From: Alphaproteobacteria bacterium
GTDB lineage: Bacteria; Pseudomonadota; Alphaproteobacteria; MPNO01
Length of the DNA stretch: 64,000 nucleotides
Assembly: GCA_965248835.1 (NCBI GenBank)
Contig: CBDFLJ010000002.1
Location: 544,001 to 608,000, forward strand
Direction: 5' to 3'
Made by a program: the position numbers and the translations under genes. The notes under the pieces are model-generated. The model had not been told where the DNA came from, searched no databases, and saw nothing but the letters and a program-made list of their open reading frames with translations. Below are positions 9,671 to 18,026 of this stretch, piece after piece (positions within the stretch are counted from its first letter, which is position 1; each line of letters opens with the position of its first letter).

Positions 9671-10800
9671 GGCGCGATCCTGTCGGGCGTTGCGGCATTG
9701 GCGCTCAATGCGCGGGCGCCGTCCGGGGTCACCACGACCGGCTCGCCGCACATCAAATAGCCGGTCTCGGGAAGGTACTGGTTCGGGTGGAGGACGAAGA
9801 CCATCCCGGTCTCGAGCACGGTCTCGTTGTCGGCCGACACGTCACCCGGAAGGTTGGAGGTCAAGCCGAGCCCGTGGCCGCGCACCCGCATGTAGGGCGG
9901 TCGGCAATACGCCCCATAGCCGGCCTGGCTGATCGCCTGGTTCACCGCCTCGGTCACATCGGCCATCCTCGCTCCCGGCACCGCCGCCTCCCGGCCGCGC
10001 TCCATCGCCGCCTGCAGGATGGCGTAGTTCTCTTCATAGCCGGGCGGACCGGTTCCGATCGCGACCGTGCGGCAGATCTGGACGAACTGCCCCTCGAAGC
10101 TCGGCGTGATCTCGGCAAGGATGAGGTCGCCTTCGGCCAGCACGCGCCCGCCGGCGGCCCGGACGGCGAGGTTGTGCTGCGAGGCGCTCATCAGAAGGAA
10201 GTTGTCGTCGCCGCCCTGGGCCTTCATGTGGCAGTAGATGTCGGCGGCGAGCGCGTATTCCCGCACGCCCGGCCGGGCAACCTCCAGCAGCCGCCGGTAT
10301 CCGCTTTCCGCGATCCGCGCGGCTTGCTCGGCGCGCGCGATCTCCTGCGCGCTGCGGCACCGCGCGATGGTGCGGACCAGCCCTTCCATCGCCCTCGCCT
10401 TGCCGCCGAACAGGTCCCCGAGCCGCTCGGCCAGGGGCAATGCCAGCAGCGACAGCCCGTCGGTGATGACCGAACCGCCGGAAAGCCGGTCGCGTGCCAG
10501 CACGCGCCCCACGGTCTCGACCAGGTCGTCGGTGCCCAGCGTTTCGTCGGCGGTCGCGGCGGCGGCGGCGCGGCCGGCGTCCCAGGCCGGCGTGATAATC
10601 AGCGTCGCCGGGCCGTCGCACCGGACGATCACGGCCGCATCGCCCATCTGCTTCACCCCGCTGAGGACGAAGACCGCGTTGGGCTCGAGAAAGGAATGGA
10701 ACCCGGACGCAAACGCGACGAGCGCGTCGGCGCCTTCGGCCTCCAGCCGCTCGACGACGGTCCGGCGGCGCATGACCGAGGTATCCAAGGCCGGGATCAT
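9667..10800 (-). CDS. M24 family (Xaa-Pro peptidase/creatinase-like) hydrolase with variant ligands
   Basis: 'RSAQEIA', 'RPGVREY', 'GDLILAEITP...QICRT', 'RGHGLG', 'GMVFVLHPNQY'. Confidence 0.85.
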   Translation of the reverse strand: MIPALDTSVMRRRTVVERLEAEGADALVAFASGFHSFLEPNAVFVLSGVKQMGDAAVIVRCDGPATLIITPAWDAGRAAAAATADETLGTDDLVETVGRVLARDRLSGGSVITDGLSLLALPLAERLGDLFGGKARAMEGLVRTIARCRSAQEIARAEQAARIAESGYRRLLEVARPGVREYALAADIYCHMKAQGGDDNFLLMSASQHNLAVRAAGGRVLAEGDLILAEITPSFEGQFVQICRTVAIGTGPPGYEENYAILQAAMERGREAAVPGARMADVTEAVNQAISQAGYGAYCRPPYMRVRGHGLGLTSNLPGDVSADNETVLETGMVFVLHPNQYLPETGYLMCGEPVVVTPDGARALSANAATPDRIAP

Positions 10801-10966
10801 GGATCGACAACCATCATTTTCCTCACTGCCGCGCATCATCCTATCCTATATGCCGGCCGACAGCCGCCGCCGCCTCGAGCGATGGATCGACGGCTGTCAG
10901 CGTTTCCTTGGAGCGCTGCGGGTCGCTATCGTCGCGCTCGCGACCGGTCCGAATCTGGAGATGACA

Positions 10967-13300
10967 ATGGGTGAATACGGGGTGGGGCAGTCGGTCCCGA
11001 GGCTTGAGGACGAAACCCTTCTGACCGGGCGGGGTTCGTTCAGCGACGATGACGACGGCGCGGGCGCGCTGCGCGGCCATGTCCTCCGCGCCCCGCACGC
11101 CCACGCCCGGATACTTTCGATAGACACCGCCGCCGCGGCGCGTTGCCCCGGGGTCGCGGCGGTGCTTGTCGGCGCCGACTACCGCGCCGATGGGCTCGGC
11201 GCGATCCCCCATATCGGCCCGCCGGTCAAACGCCGCGGCGGTGCGGATCTCGACGCGCCGCCCTACTACCCGCTCGCGGACCAGCGGGTGCGCCATGTCG
11301 GCGAGGGCGTGGCCTTCGTGCTCGCCGACACGCCGGAACAGGCAAAGGATGCCGCCGAGCGCGTCGTGGTCGACTACGAAGCGCTGCCGGCGGTCACGGC
11401 GACGGACGAGGCGCTGAAACCGGGCCGCCCCGGCGTCTGGGAGGGCTGCCCCGGCAACGAGGCCTTCGTGTACGCGATCGGCGATCGGGCGGCGACCGAC
11501 GCCGCCTTCGCCAAGGCCGACCATGTGGTCCGTCGACGGCTGGATATCTCGCGGGTGCTGGCCAACGCGATGGAGCCGCGCGGCTGCCTGGCGCATTACG
11601 ACCGGCGCCGCGGCGCCTTCCGGCTGCGCGCGCCGGTCCAGCACCCCTTCGTCGTGCGCGGCGTCCTGGCCCGCCAGATCTTCGGCATCGACGAGCGGCA
11701 GATCCATGTCGAGGTCGACGACGTGGGCGGCAGCTTCGGCATCAAGGCCAACATTTATCCGGAATATCTGTTGGCGCTCTGGGCGGCGCGGCGTCTCGGC
11801 CGGTCGGTCAAATGGACCAGCGAGCGCAGCGAAGGCTTTCTGTCGGACTTCCACGGCCGGGACAATCTCACCGAGGCCGAGCTCGCGCTCGATTCCGACG
11901 GACGGTTCCTCGGTCTGAGGGTGCGCACGATCGTCAATCTCGGGGCCTATCTGTCGCCGCTGGGCGCCGGGCCCGCGGTCAACAATCTCGGCAGCCTGGC
12001 CGGGGTCTATCGGACGCCGGCCGCCCATGTCGAGGTCCGCGGCGCCTTGAGCCACACCCAGCCGACGGCGCCCTATCGCGGGGCCGGCCGGCCCGAGGCG
12101 GCCTATGTCATCGAGCGCCTGATCGACGCGGCGGCGGCCGAGCTGGGGATCGACCGGATCGCGCTGCGGCGGCGCAACATCATCGCGCCGGACGCGCTGC
12201 CGTTCGCGACGCCGCTGGGGTTCACCTACGATTCGGGGGAATTCGAGGCCAACATGGACCAGGCCCTGGCGCTCGCCGACGCGCAAGGGTTCGCCGCACG
12301 CCGCTTCGCGGCCGCCGGGCGCGGCAAGCTGCGCGGGCTCGGCCTCGCCAACGCGATCGAGCGCGCGGCACCGCCCGGGCTGGAGTATGCCGAGATCCGT
12401 TTCGATCCCTCGGGCGCCGCGACCGTCCTGTGCGGGGCGACGTCCCAGGGCCAGGGCCATATGACGATCTTCGCCCAGGTCATCGCCGACCGGCTGGGGC
12501 TTGCACCGGATTCGCTGCGCTTCGTCCAGGGCGATACCGACCGGCTGGCCTTCGGGTTCGGTGCCGGCGGCTCGCGGATTTCGGCGATGGGGACGGCCGC
12601 GGTGATGCTCGCCGCCGACCGCGTCCTCGCCAAGGCCCGGATCATCGCCGCCCACGCGCTGGAGGCCGCCGAGGCCGACATCGCGTTCGACGACGGACGG
12701 TTCGTCATCGCCGGCACCGACCGGTCGATCGCCCTGGCCGAGGTCGCCAGGCGCGCCTTCCAGCCGGCGATGCTGCCGGCCGGCCTCGATCCCGGGCTCT
12801 ATGAGAGCGGGACCTATCGGGGGAGCGTGGCGTCCTATCCCAACGGCTGCCATGTCTGCGAGGTCGAGATCGACCGCGAGACCGGCGCCGTGGAGATCGT
12901 CCGCTACGTCGTGGTTGATGATTTCGGCACCCTGATCAACCCGCTGCTGGTCAAGGGCCAGGTCCATGGCGGGGTCGCGCAAGGCGCGGGTCAGGCGCTG
13001 ATGGAGGCGATGGTCTTCGACCGCGACAGCGGCCAGGTCCTCGCCGGCTCGTTCATGGACTACGCGATGCCGCGCGGCGCCGATCTGTGCGCGATCGAGG
13101 TCGAAAGCAATCCGGTGCCCACCGCGACCAACCCGCTGGGGGTCAAGGGGGCGGGCGAGGCCGGCAATGTCGGGGCGCTGCCGGTGGTCATCAGCGCGGT
13201 CGAAGATGCGCTGTCCGCCCTGGGGATCCGCGATTTCGCCATGCCGGCGACGCCCGAGCGGGTATGGCGGGCGATCGAAGGCGCGCGGGTCGGGCGGTGA
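10967..13300 (+). CDS. Xanthine dehydrogenase/CoxL-CutL family molybdopterin-binding large subunit
   Basis: 'GQSVPRLED..LLTGRG', 'DVGGSFGIK', 'PYRGAGRPE', 'QGQGH', 'GQVHGGVAQG', 'NPLGVKGAGEAG'. Confidence 0.93.
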   Translation: MGEYGVGQSVPRLEDETLLTGRGSFSDDDDGAGALRGHVLRAPHAHARILSIDTAAAARCPGVAAVLVGADYRADGLGAIPHIGPPVKRRGGADLDAPPYYPLADQRVRHVGEGVAFVLADTPEQAKDAAERVVVDYEALPAVTATDEALKPGRPGVWEGCPGNEAFVYAIGDRAATDAAFAKADHVVRRRLDISRVLANAMEPRGCLAHYDRRRGAFRLRAPVQHPFVVRGVLARQIFGIDERQIHVEVDDVGGSFGIKANIYPEYLLALWAARRLGRSVKWTSERSEGFLSDFHGRDNLTEAELALDSDGRFLGLRVRTIVNLGAYLSPLGAGPAVNNLGSLAGVYRTPAAHVEVRGALSHTQPTAPYRGAGRPEAAYVIERLIDAAAAELGIDRIALRRRNIIAPDALPFATPLGFTYDSGEFEANMDQALALADAQGFAARRFAAAGRGKLRGLGLANAIERAAPPGLEYAEIRFDPSGAATVLCGATSQGQGHMTIFAQVIADRLGLAPDSLRFVQGDTDRLAFGFGAGGSRISAMGTAAVMLAADRVLAKARIIAAHALEAAEADIAFDDGRFVIAGTDRSIALAEVARRAFQPAMLPAGLDPGLYESGTYRGSVASYPNGCHVCEVEIDRETGAVEIVRYVVVDDFGTLINPLLVKGQVHGGVAQGAGQALMEAMVFDRDSGQVLAGSFMDYAMPRGADLCAIEVESNPVPTATNPLGVKGAGEAGNVGALPVVISAVEDALSALGIRDFAMPATPERVWRAIEGARVGR

Positions 13301-13391
13301 CGAACCCCGCGCCCGCGCCGTCCGGATCCGTCGGGATAGGCCTGGATACCGGTTCTCGGAGGCGAGACATCGCCCTGTCCGGGAGGGGCGC

Positions 13392-13465
13392 TGGAGCGGG
13401 CAGCGGGAATCGAACCCGCACGAGCAGCTTGGGAAGCTGCCAGGCTACCACTACATCATGCCCGC
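13392..13465 (-). tRNA. tRNA-Gly(CCC)
   Basis: Reverse complement GCGGGCATGATGTAGTGGTAGCCTGGCAGCTTCCCAAGCTGCTCGTGCGGGTTCGATTCCCGCTGCCCGCTCCA; anticodon CCC, CCA end. Confidence 0.96.
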
Positions 13466-13476
13466 GTTCGGCGGCC

Positions 13477-13504
13477 ATTCTATCGCCGGGGCGGGCCATC
13501 ACAA
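13477..13504 (-). promoter_or_regulatory. Putative sigma70 promoter of tRNA-Gly(CCC)
   Basis: Minus strand TTGTGA-N16-TAGAAT, 11 nt upstream of the tRNA. Confidence 0.45.
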
Positions 13505-13655
13505 GCGCCGAGTTTCCCTGGACCCGCCGGGCGGGCGATGTCATTACCGACGCCGGATCAATGGACGTGCGCCGGGAGAACGGCATGGGACCCGGTCCTT
13601 GCGAAGACGACCCGACGGGGCCGGTGGCGGGCGTGCGGGGCGTACGGGGCATGCC

Positions 13656-14051
13656 ATGAGCGCGGCGCTGGTCGGACGCCTTGCCAGCGGAATCGGCCAG
13701 GGCCGGCACTTCACCCGGCTCGCCTGGGCGCGTGCGCAATTCATCGACAAGCTCGGCATCGATCCCCATCCCGGCACCGTCAACGTCATCATCGACGACC
13801 CCGATGCGATCACCGTCTGGGTGCGGCTGAAGCGCACCGACGGGATCAGGATCGACAACCCTGATGATGGCCCGCACGATTGCGACGCACGCTGCTTCAA
13901 GGTCGCGATCGAGGGCCGGATCGAGGCGGCCATCGTGCTGCCGGAGGTCGACCACTATCCGCCGGCCCAGGTCGAGATGATCGCCGCCGCGAATGTGCGC
14001 GACGCGTTGGGGATCGAGGACGGCGATCCGGTGCGGATCGAGATCCGGTGA
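13656..14051 (+). CDS. CTP-dependent riboflavin kinase, archaeal type (DUF120)
   Basis: 'GRLASGIGQGRHF...FIDKLGIDPHPGTVN' and 'AAIVLP...VEMIA..NVRDALGIEDGDPVRI' parallel the archaeal RibK pattern GxVxSGxGEG...LGFxPYxGTLN...EIIAPxxLRxxxxLxDGD. Confidence 0.8.
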   Translation: MSAALVGRLASGIGQGRHFTRLAWARAQFIDKLGIDPHPGTVNVIIDDPDAITVWVRLKRTDGIRIDNPDDGPHDCDARCFKVAIEGRIEAAIVLPEVDHYPPAQVEMIAAANVRDALGIEDGDPVRIEIR

Positions 14052-14064
14052 GGGGAGGGTGCCG

Positions 14065-15150
14065 GTGAAGGGACGCTACGACTCGGCCGAAACGGAGCTG
14101 TGGCGCTACCCCCTGTCGGGTCCGACGGGCGGCTCGGGGATGACCGCGGTCGATGTCATCGTCGTCACTCTCGTGGATTCGCAGGGGCGCAGCGGGATGG
14201 GCTTCAGCTACGTCCTCGGCGGCGCCGGCGGGGCGGTCGTGCGCGCCATGGCCGCCGACCTGCTCGCGCGGTTCGTCGCCGGCCAGGACTGCATCCCGCC
14301 CCAGGCGCTGTGGCGCCGGCTCGCCGGGGCGCTCAACCGGCTGGGGCGCGGCACGGGGTATCTGGCGGTCGCCGCGATCGATGTCGCGGCCTGGGACCTC
14401 CACGCCAAGGCTCTGGGGATGCCGCTCTACGCCGCGCTCGGCGGGACCGCCCGCGCCGTGCCGGTCTACGGCTCCGGCGGGTTCCGGCCCGACCAGGACC
14501 CGCAGGAAGCGCTTGAGCGGGCGCTCGCCCATGTCGCGCGCGGCTGCAAGGCGGTGAAGCTGCGGCTGGCCGGTGATCGCGGCGACGCCGCGCGCATGCG
14601 CACCGTTGCCGACGGCCTGCCGGCGGGCATCGACGTGATGGTCGATGCCAACGAGCGCTGCGACCTCACGCGCGCTCGATGGCTTGCCAACCGGTGCGGC
14701 GAGATCGGCGCGCTGTTTTTCGAGGAGCCGTTGCCGGCCGATGCGCTCGACGGCTATGCCGCGCTCGCGGCGGCCTCGCCGGTGCCGATCGCGACCGGCG
14801 AGCACTTGCAGGGCGTGGTCGAACTGGCGCCCTATTTCGCCGCCCGGGCCTGTGCGGTCATCCAACCCGACATCGCGATGATGGGCGGGATGTCCGAATG
14901 CCTGCGGGCCGGCCAGTTCGCCGCCTGCCACGATGTCGCGGTCTCGCCGCATTTCCTGCCGGCGCTGTTCGTCCATCTGGCCTGTGCGCTGCCCAACGTG
15001 GCCTGGCTGGAGGATTTCCCGCTGCTCGAGCCGCTGTTCGACGACCCGGTCGCGATGGACGGCGCCGCCATGATCACGCCGCGCGAGGTCCCGGGGCACG
15101 GCATAAGCTGGGCACCGGGCGCGCGGGAGGCATATTTGAGCAAGGAGTAG
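14065..15150 (+). CDS. Mandelate racemase/muconate lactonizing enzyme (enolase superfamily)
   Basis: 'AIDVAAWDLHAKALGMPLYAALGG', KxK 'KAVKLR', 'MVDAN', 'FFEEP', 'IATGE', 'QPDIAMMGG', 'SPH'; GTG start uncertain. Confidence 0.9.
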   Translation: MKGRYDSAETELWRYPLSGPTGGSGMTAVDVIVVTLVDSQGRSGMGFSYVLGGAGGAVVRAMAADLLARFVAGQDCIPPQALWRRLAGALNRLGRGTGYLAVAAIDVAAWDLHAKALGMPLYAALGGTARAVPVYGSGGFRPDQDPQEALERALAHVARGCKAVKLRLAGDRGDAARMRTVADGLPAGIDVMVDANERCDLTRARWLANRCGEIGALFFEEPLPADALDGYAALAAASPVPIATGEHLQGVVELAPYFAARACAVIQPDIAMMGGMSECLRAGQFAACHDVAVSPHFLPALFVHLACALPNVAWLEDFPLLEPLFDDPVAMDGAAMITPREVPGHGISWAPGAREAYLSKE

Positions 15151-15158
15151 GAGGCGCC

Positions 15159-16022
15159 ATGAAGCTCGCCCGCTACAACGCCGACAAGCTCGGCCTGGTG
15201 AGAAACGAGCAGCTCATCGACGTCACCGAGGCGATCGATGCGATCGAGACGGCTGGGCAAGCCGGTTGGCCGCTGCCGCCGGGCGACCGGCTGATCGCCG
15301 CGATCGATGCGGTGCGCGCGCGCGTCGACGCGTTGCGCAAATCGGGCTTCGTCCAGCTCCATACCAGCGTCAGCCTCAAAAGCCCGGTGGCCAACCCGAC
15401 CAAGGTGATCGGCGCTCCGGCCAACTACCGTGCGCATATCGACGAGGCGAACGCCGATCCCGGCATCACCTTCGGGACCACGACGACGACGATCGAGGAC
15501 TACGGGCTGTTCCTCAAGAACCCCGTCCCGGTCGGCCCGGGCGAAGGGATTGCGCTGCCGTTTGCCGACCGCCGCACCGACCACGAGGTCGAGCTCGCGA
15601 TGATCATCGGCCGGACCGCCAGGAACGTCGCCCGGGCCGATGCGCTCGACTGCGTCGCCGGATACGCCATCGGCCTCGACATGACCGTGCGCGGGCGGGA
15701 GGAGCGCAGCCTCCGGAAGGCAGCCGACGGCTTCTCGGTGCTCGGCCCGTGGCTGGTCACCGCCGACGAGATCCCCGATCCCGATTCGCTGGCTCTCAGG
15801 CTCAGCGTAAACGGGGAATTGCGCCAGGACTCCTCGACCGCGATGCAGATCTTCGATTGCCGGCGGCTGATCGCCTACGCCTCGCGGTTCTACACGCTCT
15901 ATCCCGGCGACGTGATCATGACCGGCACGCCCGAGGGCGTCGGCCCGGTCGTGCCGGGCGACGTCATGACCTGCGAGATCGAAGGGATCGGCGCGATGGA
16001 GGTCGCGGTTCGCGCCGCTTGA
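15159..16022 (+). CDS. Fumarylacetoacetate hydrolase family protein
   Basis: 'ANYRAH', 'DHEVELAMIIG', 'GYAIGLDMT', 'LGPWLVT', 'LYPGDVIMTGTPEGVG'. Confidence 0.92.
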   Translation: MKLARYNADKLGLVRNEQLIDVTEAIDAIETAGQAGWPLPPGDRLIAAIDAVRARVDALRKSGFVQLHTSVSLKSPVANPTKVIGAPANYRAHIDEANADPGITFGTTTTTIEDYGLFLKNPVPVGPGEGIALPFADRRTDHEVELAMIIGRTARNVARADALDCVAGYAIGLDMTVRGREERSLRKAADGFSVLGPWLVTADEIPDPDSLALRLSVNGELRQDSSTAMQIFDCRRLIAYASRFYTLYPGDVIMTGTPEGVGPVVPGDVMTCEIEGIGAMEVAVRAA

Positions 16023-16033
16023 GCGGTCCCCGC

Positions 16034-17242
16034 CTACTTCTCCAGATCGAAGATCCGCTTGGCGTTGAGGCCGAGGATGTTGCGCTTGGCGTCTTCGTCG
16101 AGGAACGGGATGTCCCAGATCACCGCCGGCGGGTCGAAGTCCCAATGCGGCCAGTCCGAGGCGTAGAGGAGCTGGGTCCCGGCGTTGACCATCTCGAACG
16201 TCAGCTCCAGCGCCTTGGCGTGGTCGGTCTCCAGCGGCTGGCTGGTGTAGTACATCTCGGCCATGTATTCCGACGGCCGGCGCTTGAGCAGCGGCGCCTC
16301 CGAAGTGCGCATCATGTAGGTGTGATCGAGCCGCTGCATCAGCCACGGCACCCATGACAGCCCGCTCTCCATCCACACCACCGGCAGGTCCGGGAACCGC
16401 TCGGGCAGGCCGTTCATCACCCAGTTGGTCATATGCAGCACGTTGCACCAGACGAACGACAGCGCGTGCATCGAGCCGAAACGGTTGATCTGCATCATCG
16501 AGGGGTCCTGCCAGTAATAGCCGGCGTGAAAGCCGATCGGCAGGCGGCGCTCCTCGAGCGCGCGGTAGACCTTCATGTAGTGGTTGTGATGGACCGGCTT
16601 GTTGCGGACCGAGGTGACCATGAAGCCGACGATCCCCGGCGCGTCGCCGAACTTCTCGACCGTCTTCAGCGCCTCATCGGCGTCGTTGAACGGCAGGAAG
16701 GCCATGCTCTTGAGGTTCTTGTCCTGGGCGAGCAGGGTCTCGACCGTCCAGCGGTTGTAGGCGTTGCCCAGCAGCGGCTCCATGTCGAACTGCGGATGCA
16801 TGCCGAGGAACAGCATCGGCGTCGGGAAGACGATCTGCTTGTCGATCGACATCGACTGATAGGCGCGCCTGGCCAGCACCACGTCGCGGTGCAGCCCGTC
16901 CTCGGCCGCGTTCTCGCGCCGCGCGGCCTGGTGCGGGATGCGCCCGCCGCAATCCTGATAGCGCAGCGCGAGGTCGCCGTTCAGACCATAGGGCGGCGAC
17001 CCGGTCCGGTTCTGCAGGAAGTCCTCGGCCTGGCTGCGGATCACCTCGTCGTCGAGATAGCCGACGATGTCCGCCCAGGACTCGCTCTCGGTATGGTGGG
17101 AATCCATATCGACAATGAACACGTCGTCGAAATTGCGCGCATCGGCCTGACGCCGGGCGCGGGCGAGGATGTCGCGGGTGTCGGTCGCGACGCCGATCTG
17201 CCGTATCGGGTTCTCCCGTTGCGGCTCGAGTCCGGAATCCAT
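16034..17242 (-). CDS. Amidohydrolase-2 fold protein, candidate dimetal oxygenase subunit
   Basis: 'VDMDSHH', 'AYNRW', 'IGFHAG', 'NGLPERFPDL..VWMESG', 'LLYASDWPHWDFD', 'ILGLNA'. Confidence 0.85.
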   Translation of the reverse strand: MDSGLEPQRENPIRQIGVATDTRDILARARRQADARNFDDVFIVDMDSHHTESESWADIVGYLDDEVIRSQAEDFLQNRTGSPPYGLNGDLALRYQDCGGRIPHQAARRENAAEDGLHRDVVLARRAYQSMSIDKQIVFPTPMLFLGMHPQFDMEPLLGNAYNRWTVETLLAQDKNLKSMAFLPFNDADEALKTVEKFGDAPGIVGFMVTSVRNKPVHHNHYMKVYRALEERRLPIGFHAGYYWQDPSMMQINRFGSMHALSFVWCNVLHMTNWVMNGLPERFPDLPVVWMESGLSWVPWLMQRLDHTYMMRTSEAPLLKRRPSEYMAEMYYTSQPLETDHAKALELTFEMVNAGTQLLYASDWPHWDFDPPAVIWDIPFLDEDAKRNILGLNAKRIFDLEK

Positions 17243-17277
17243 TCAGTGTGCTCCCAATAGAGATTGCCGCCCGGCGG

Positions 17278-17595
17278 TCAGCCGTCCGTGCCCGGCCGGG
17301 GCCGGCGGAACCACATCGCCAGGTCGAAGGTGTTTAGGTTGCCGGCGTGCAGCATTTCGGTGACGGTCACCACGATGTCCGTCGCGGTCGCCGACTCGGT
17401 GGACAGGAACGGCAGGAAAACCCGGTCCTCCATCTCGACCTTGTTGGCGAACAGCCGGGCCCCGGCGGTCAGAAGCTGCTGGACGACCTCGTCGGGGACC
17501 GCCTCGGTCGCGCCGTCGTCCAGGGCCTTCTCGGCGATCGCGAGTGCCTTGGCGGCCGCCTCGCGGATCACCGCGATGTCGTCAGACGACGACAT
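17278..17595 (-). CDS. Small hypothetical protein coupled between Rieske and amidohydrolase genes
   Basis: 105-aa ORF with normal high-GC codon usage; overlaps the Rieske stop; C-terminal 'TATDIVVTVTEMLHAGNLNTFDLAMW'. Confidence 0.7.
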   Translation of the reverse strand: MSSSDDIAVIREAAAKALAIAEKALDDGATEAVPDEVVQQLLTAGARLFANKVEMEDRVFLPFLSTESATATDIVVTVTEMLHAGNLNTFDLAMWFRRPRPGTDG

Positions 17596-17953
17596 AGACC
17601 TCCCCTCCGTCGACCTTGACGTCGTATGGCTTGAGCCGGACGTTCCGGTCCCCGGGATGTCGGCCGGTCTTCAGGTTGTACTCGTAGCCGTGCCACGGGC
17701 AGACGATGTGCACGTCGGTCTCGGAGAATTTGAGGCCCTTGCTGGTCTTGTCCTCGCCCAGCACCTCCTCGACCTTGCCCAGGATCTTGCCCTGGCAGAC
17801 CGGCCCGCCCTGATGCACGCAGTTGTTCTCGTAGGCATAGAACTCGCCGCCGACATGGAAGACGCCGATCTCGATGTCGCCCTGGGCAACGATCTTCCGG
17901 TCACGGTCGCCGAAATCGGCCTGCTTGCCGACATAAATTTCCGCCACGCTCAT
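17582..17953 (-). CDS. Rieske [2Fe-2S] ferredoxin
   Basis: 'NNCVHQGGP' and 'IVCPWHGYEY' (CxH...CxxH). Confidence 0.93.
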   Translation of the reverse strand: MSVAEIYVGKQADFGDRDRKIVAQGDIEIGVFHVGGEFYAYENNCVHQGGPVCQGKILGKVEEVLGEDKTSKGLKFSETDVHIVCPWHGYEYNLKTGRHPGDRNVRLKPYDVKVDGGEVYVVV

Positions 17954-18026
17954 CCCCTTTCTGGATCCGTTGGTTTCACCGGCCCAGTTTAACGGTTAAG
18001 ACACCGAGACTCCAACGCCGCGCGCC

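Noticed and set aside
13561-13659. 32-codon ORF overlapping the start of the riboflavin kinase gene
   Set aside because: No RBS or motif support; short ORFs with such overlaps arise by chance
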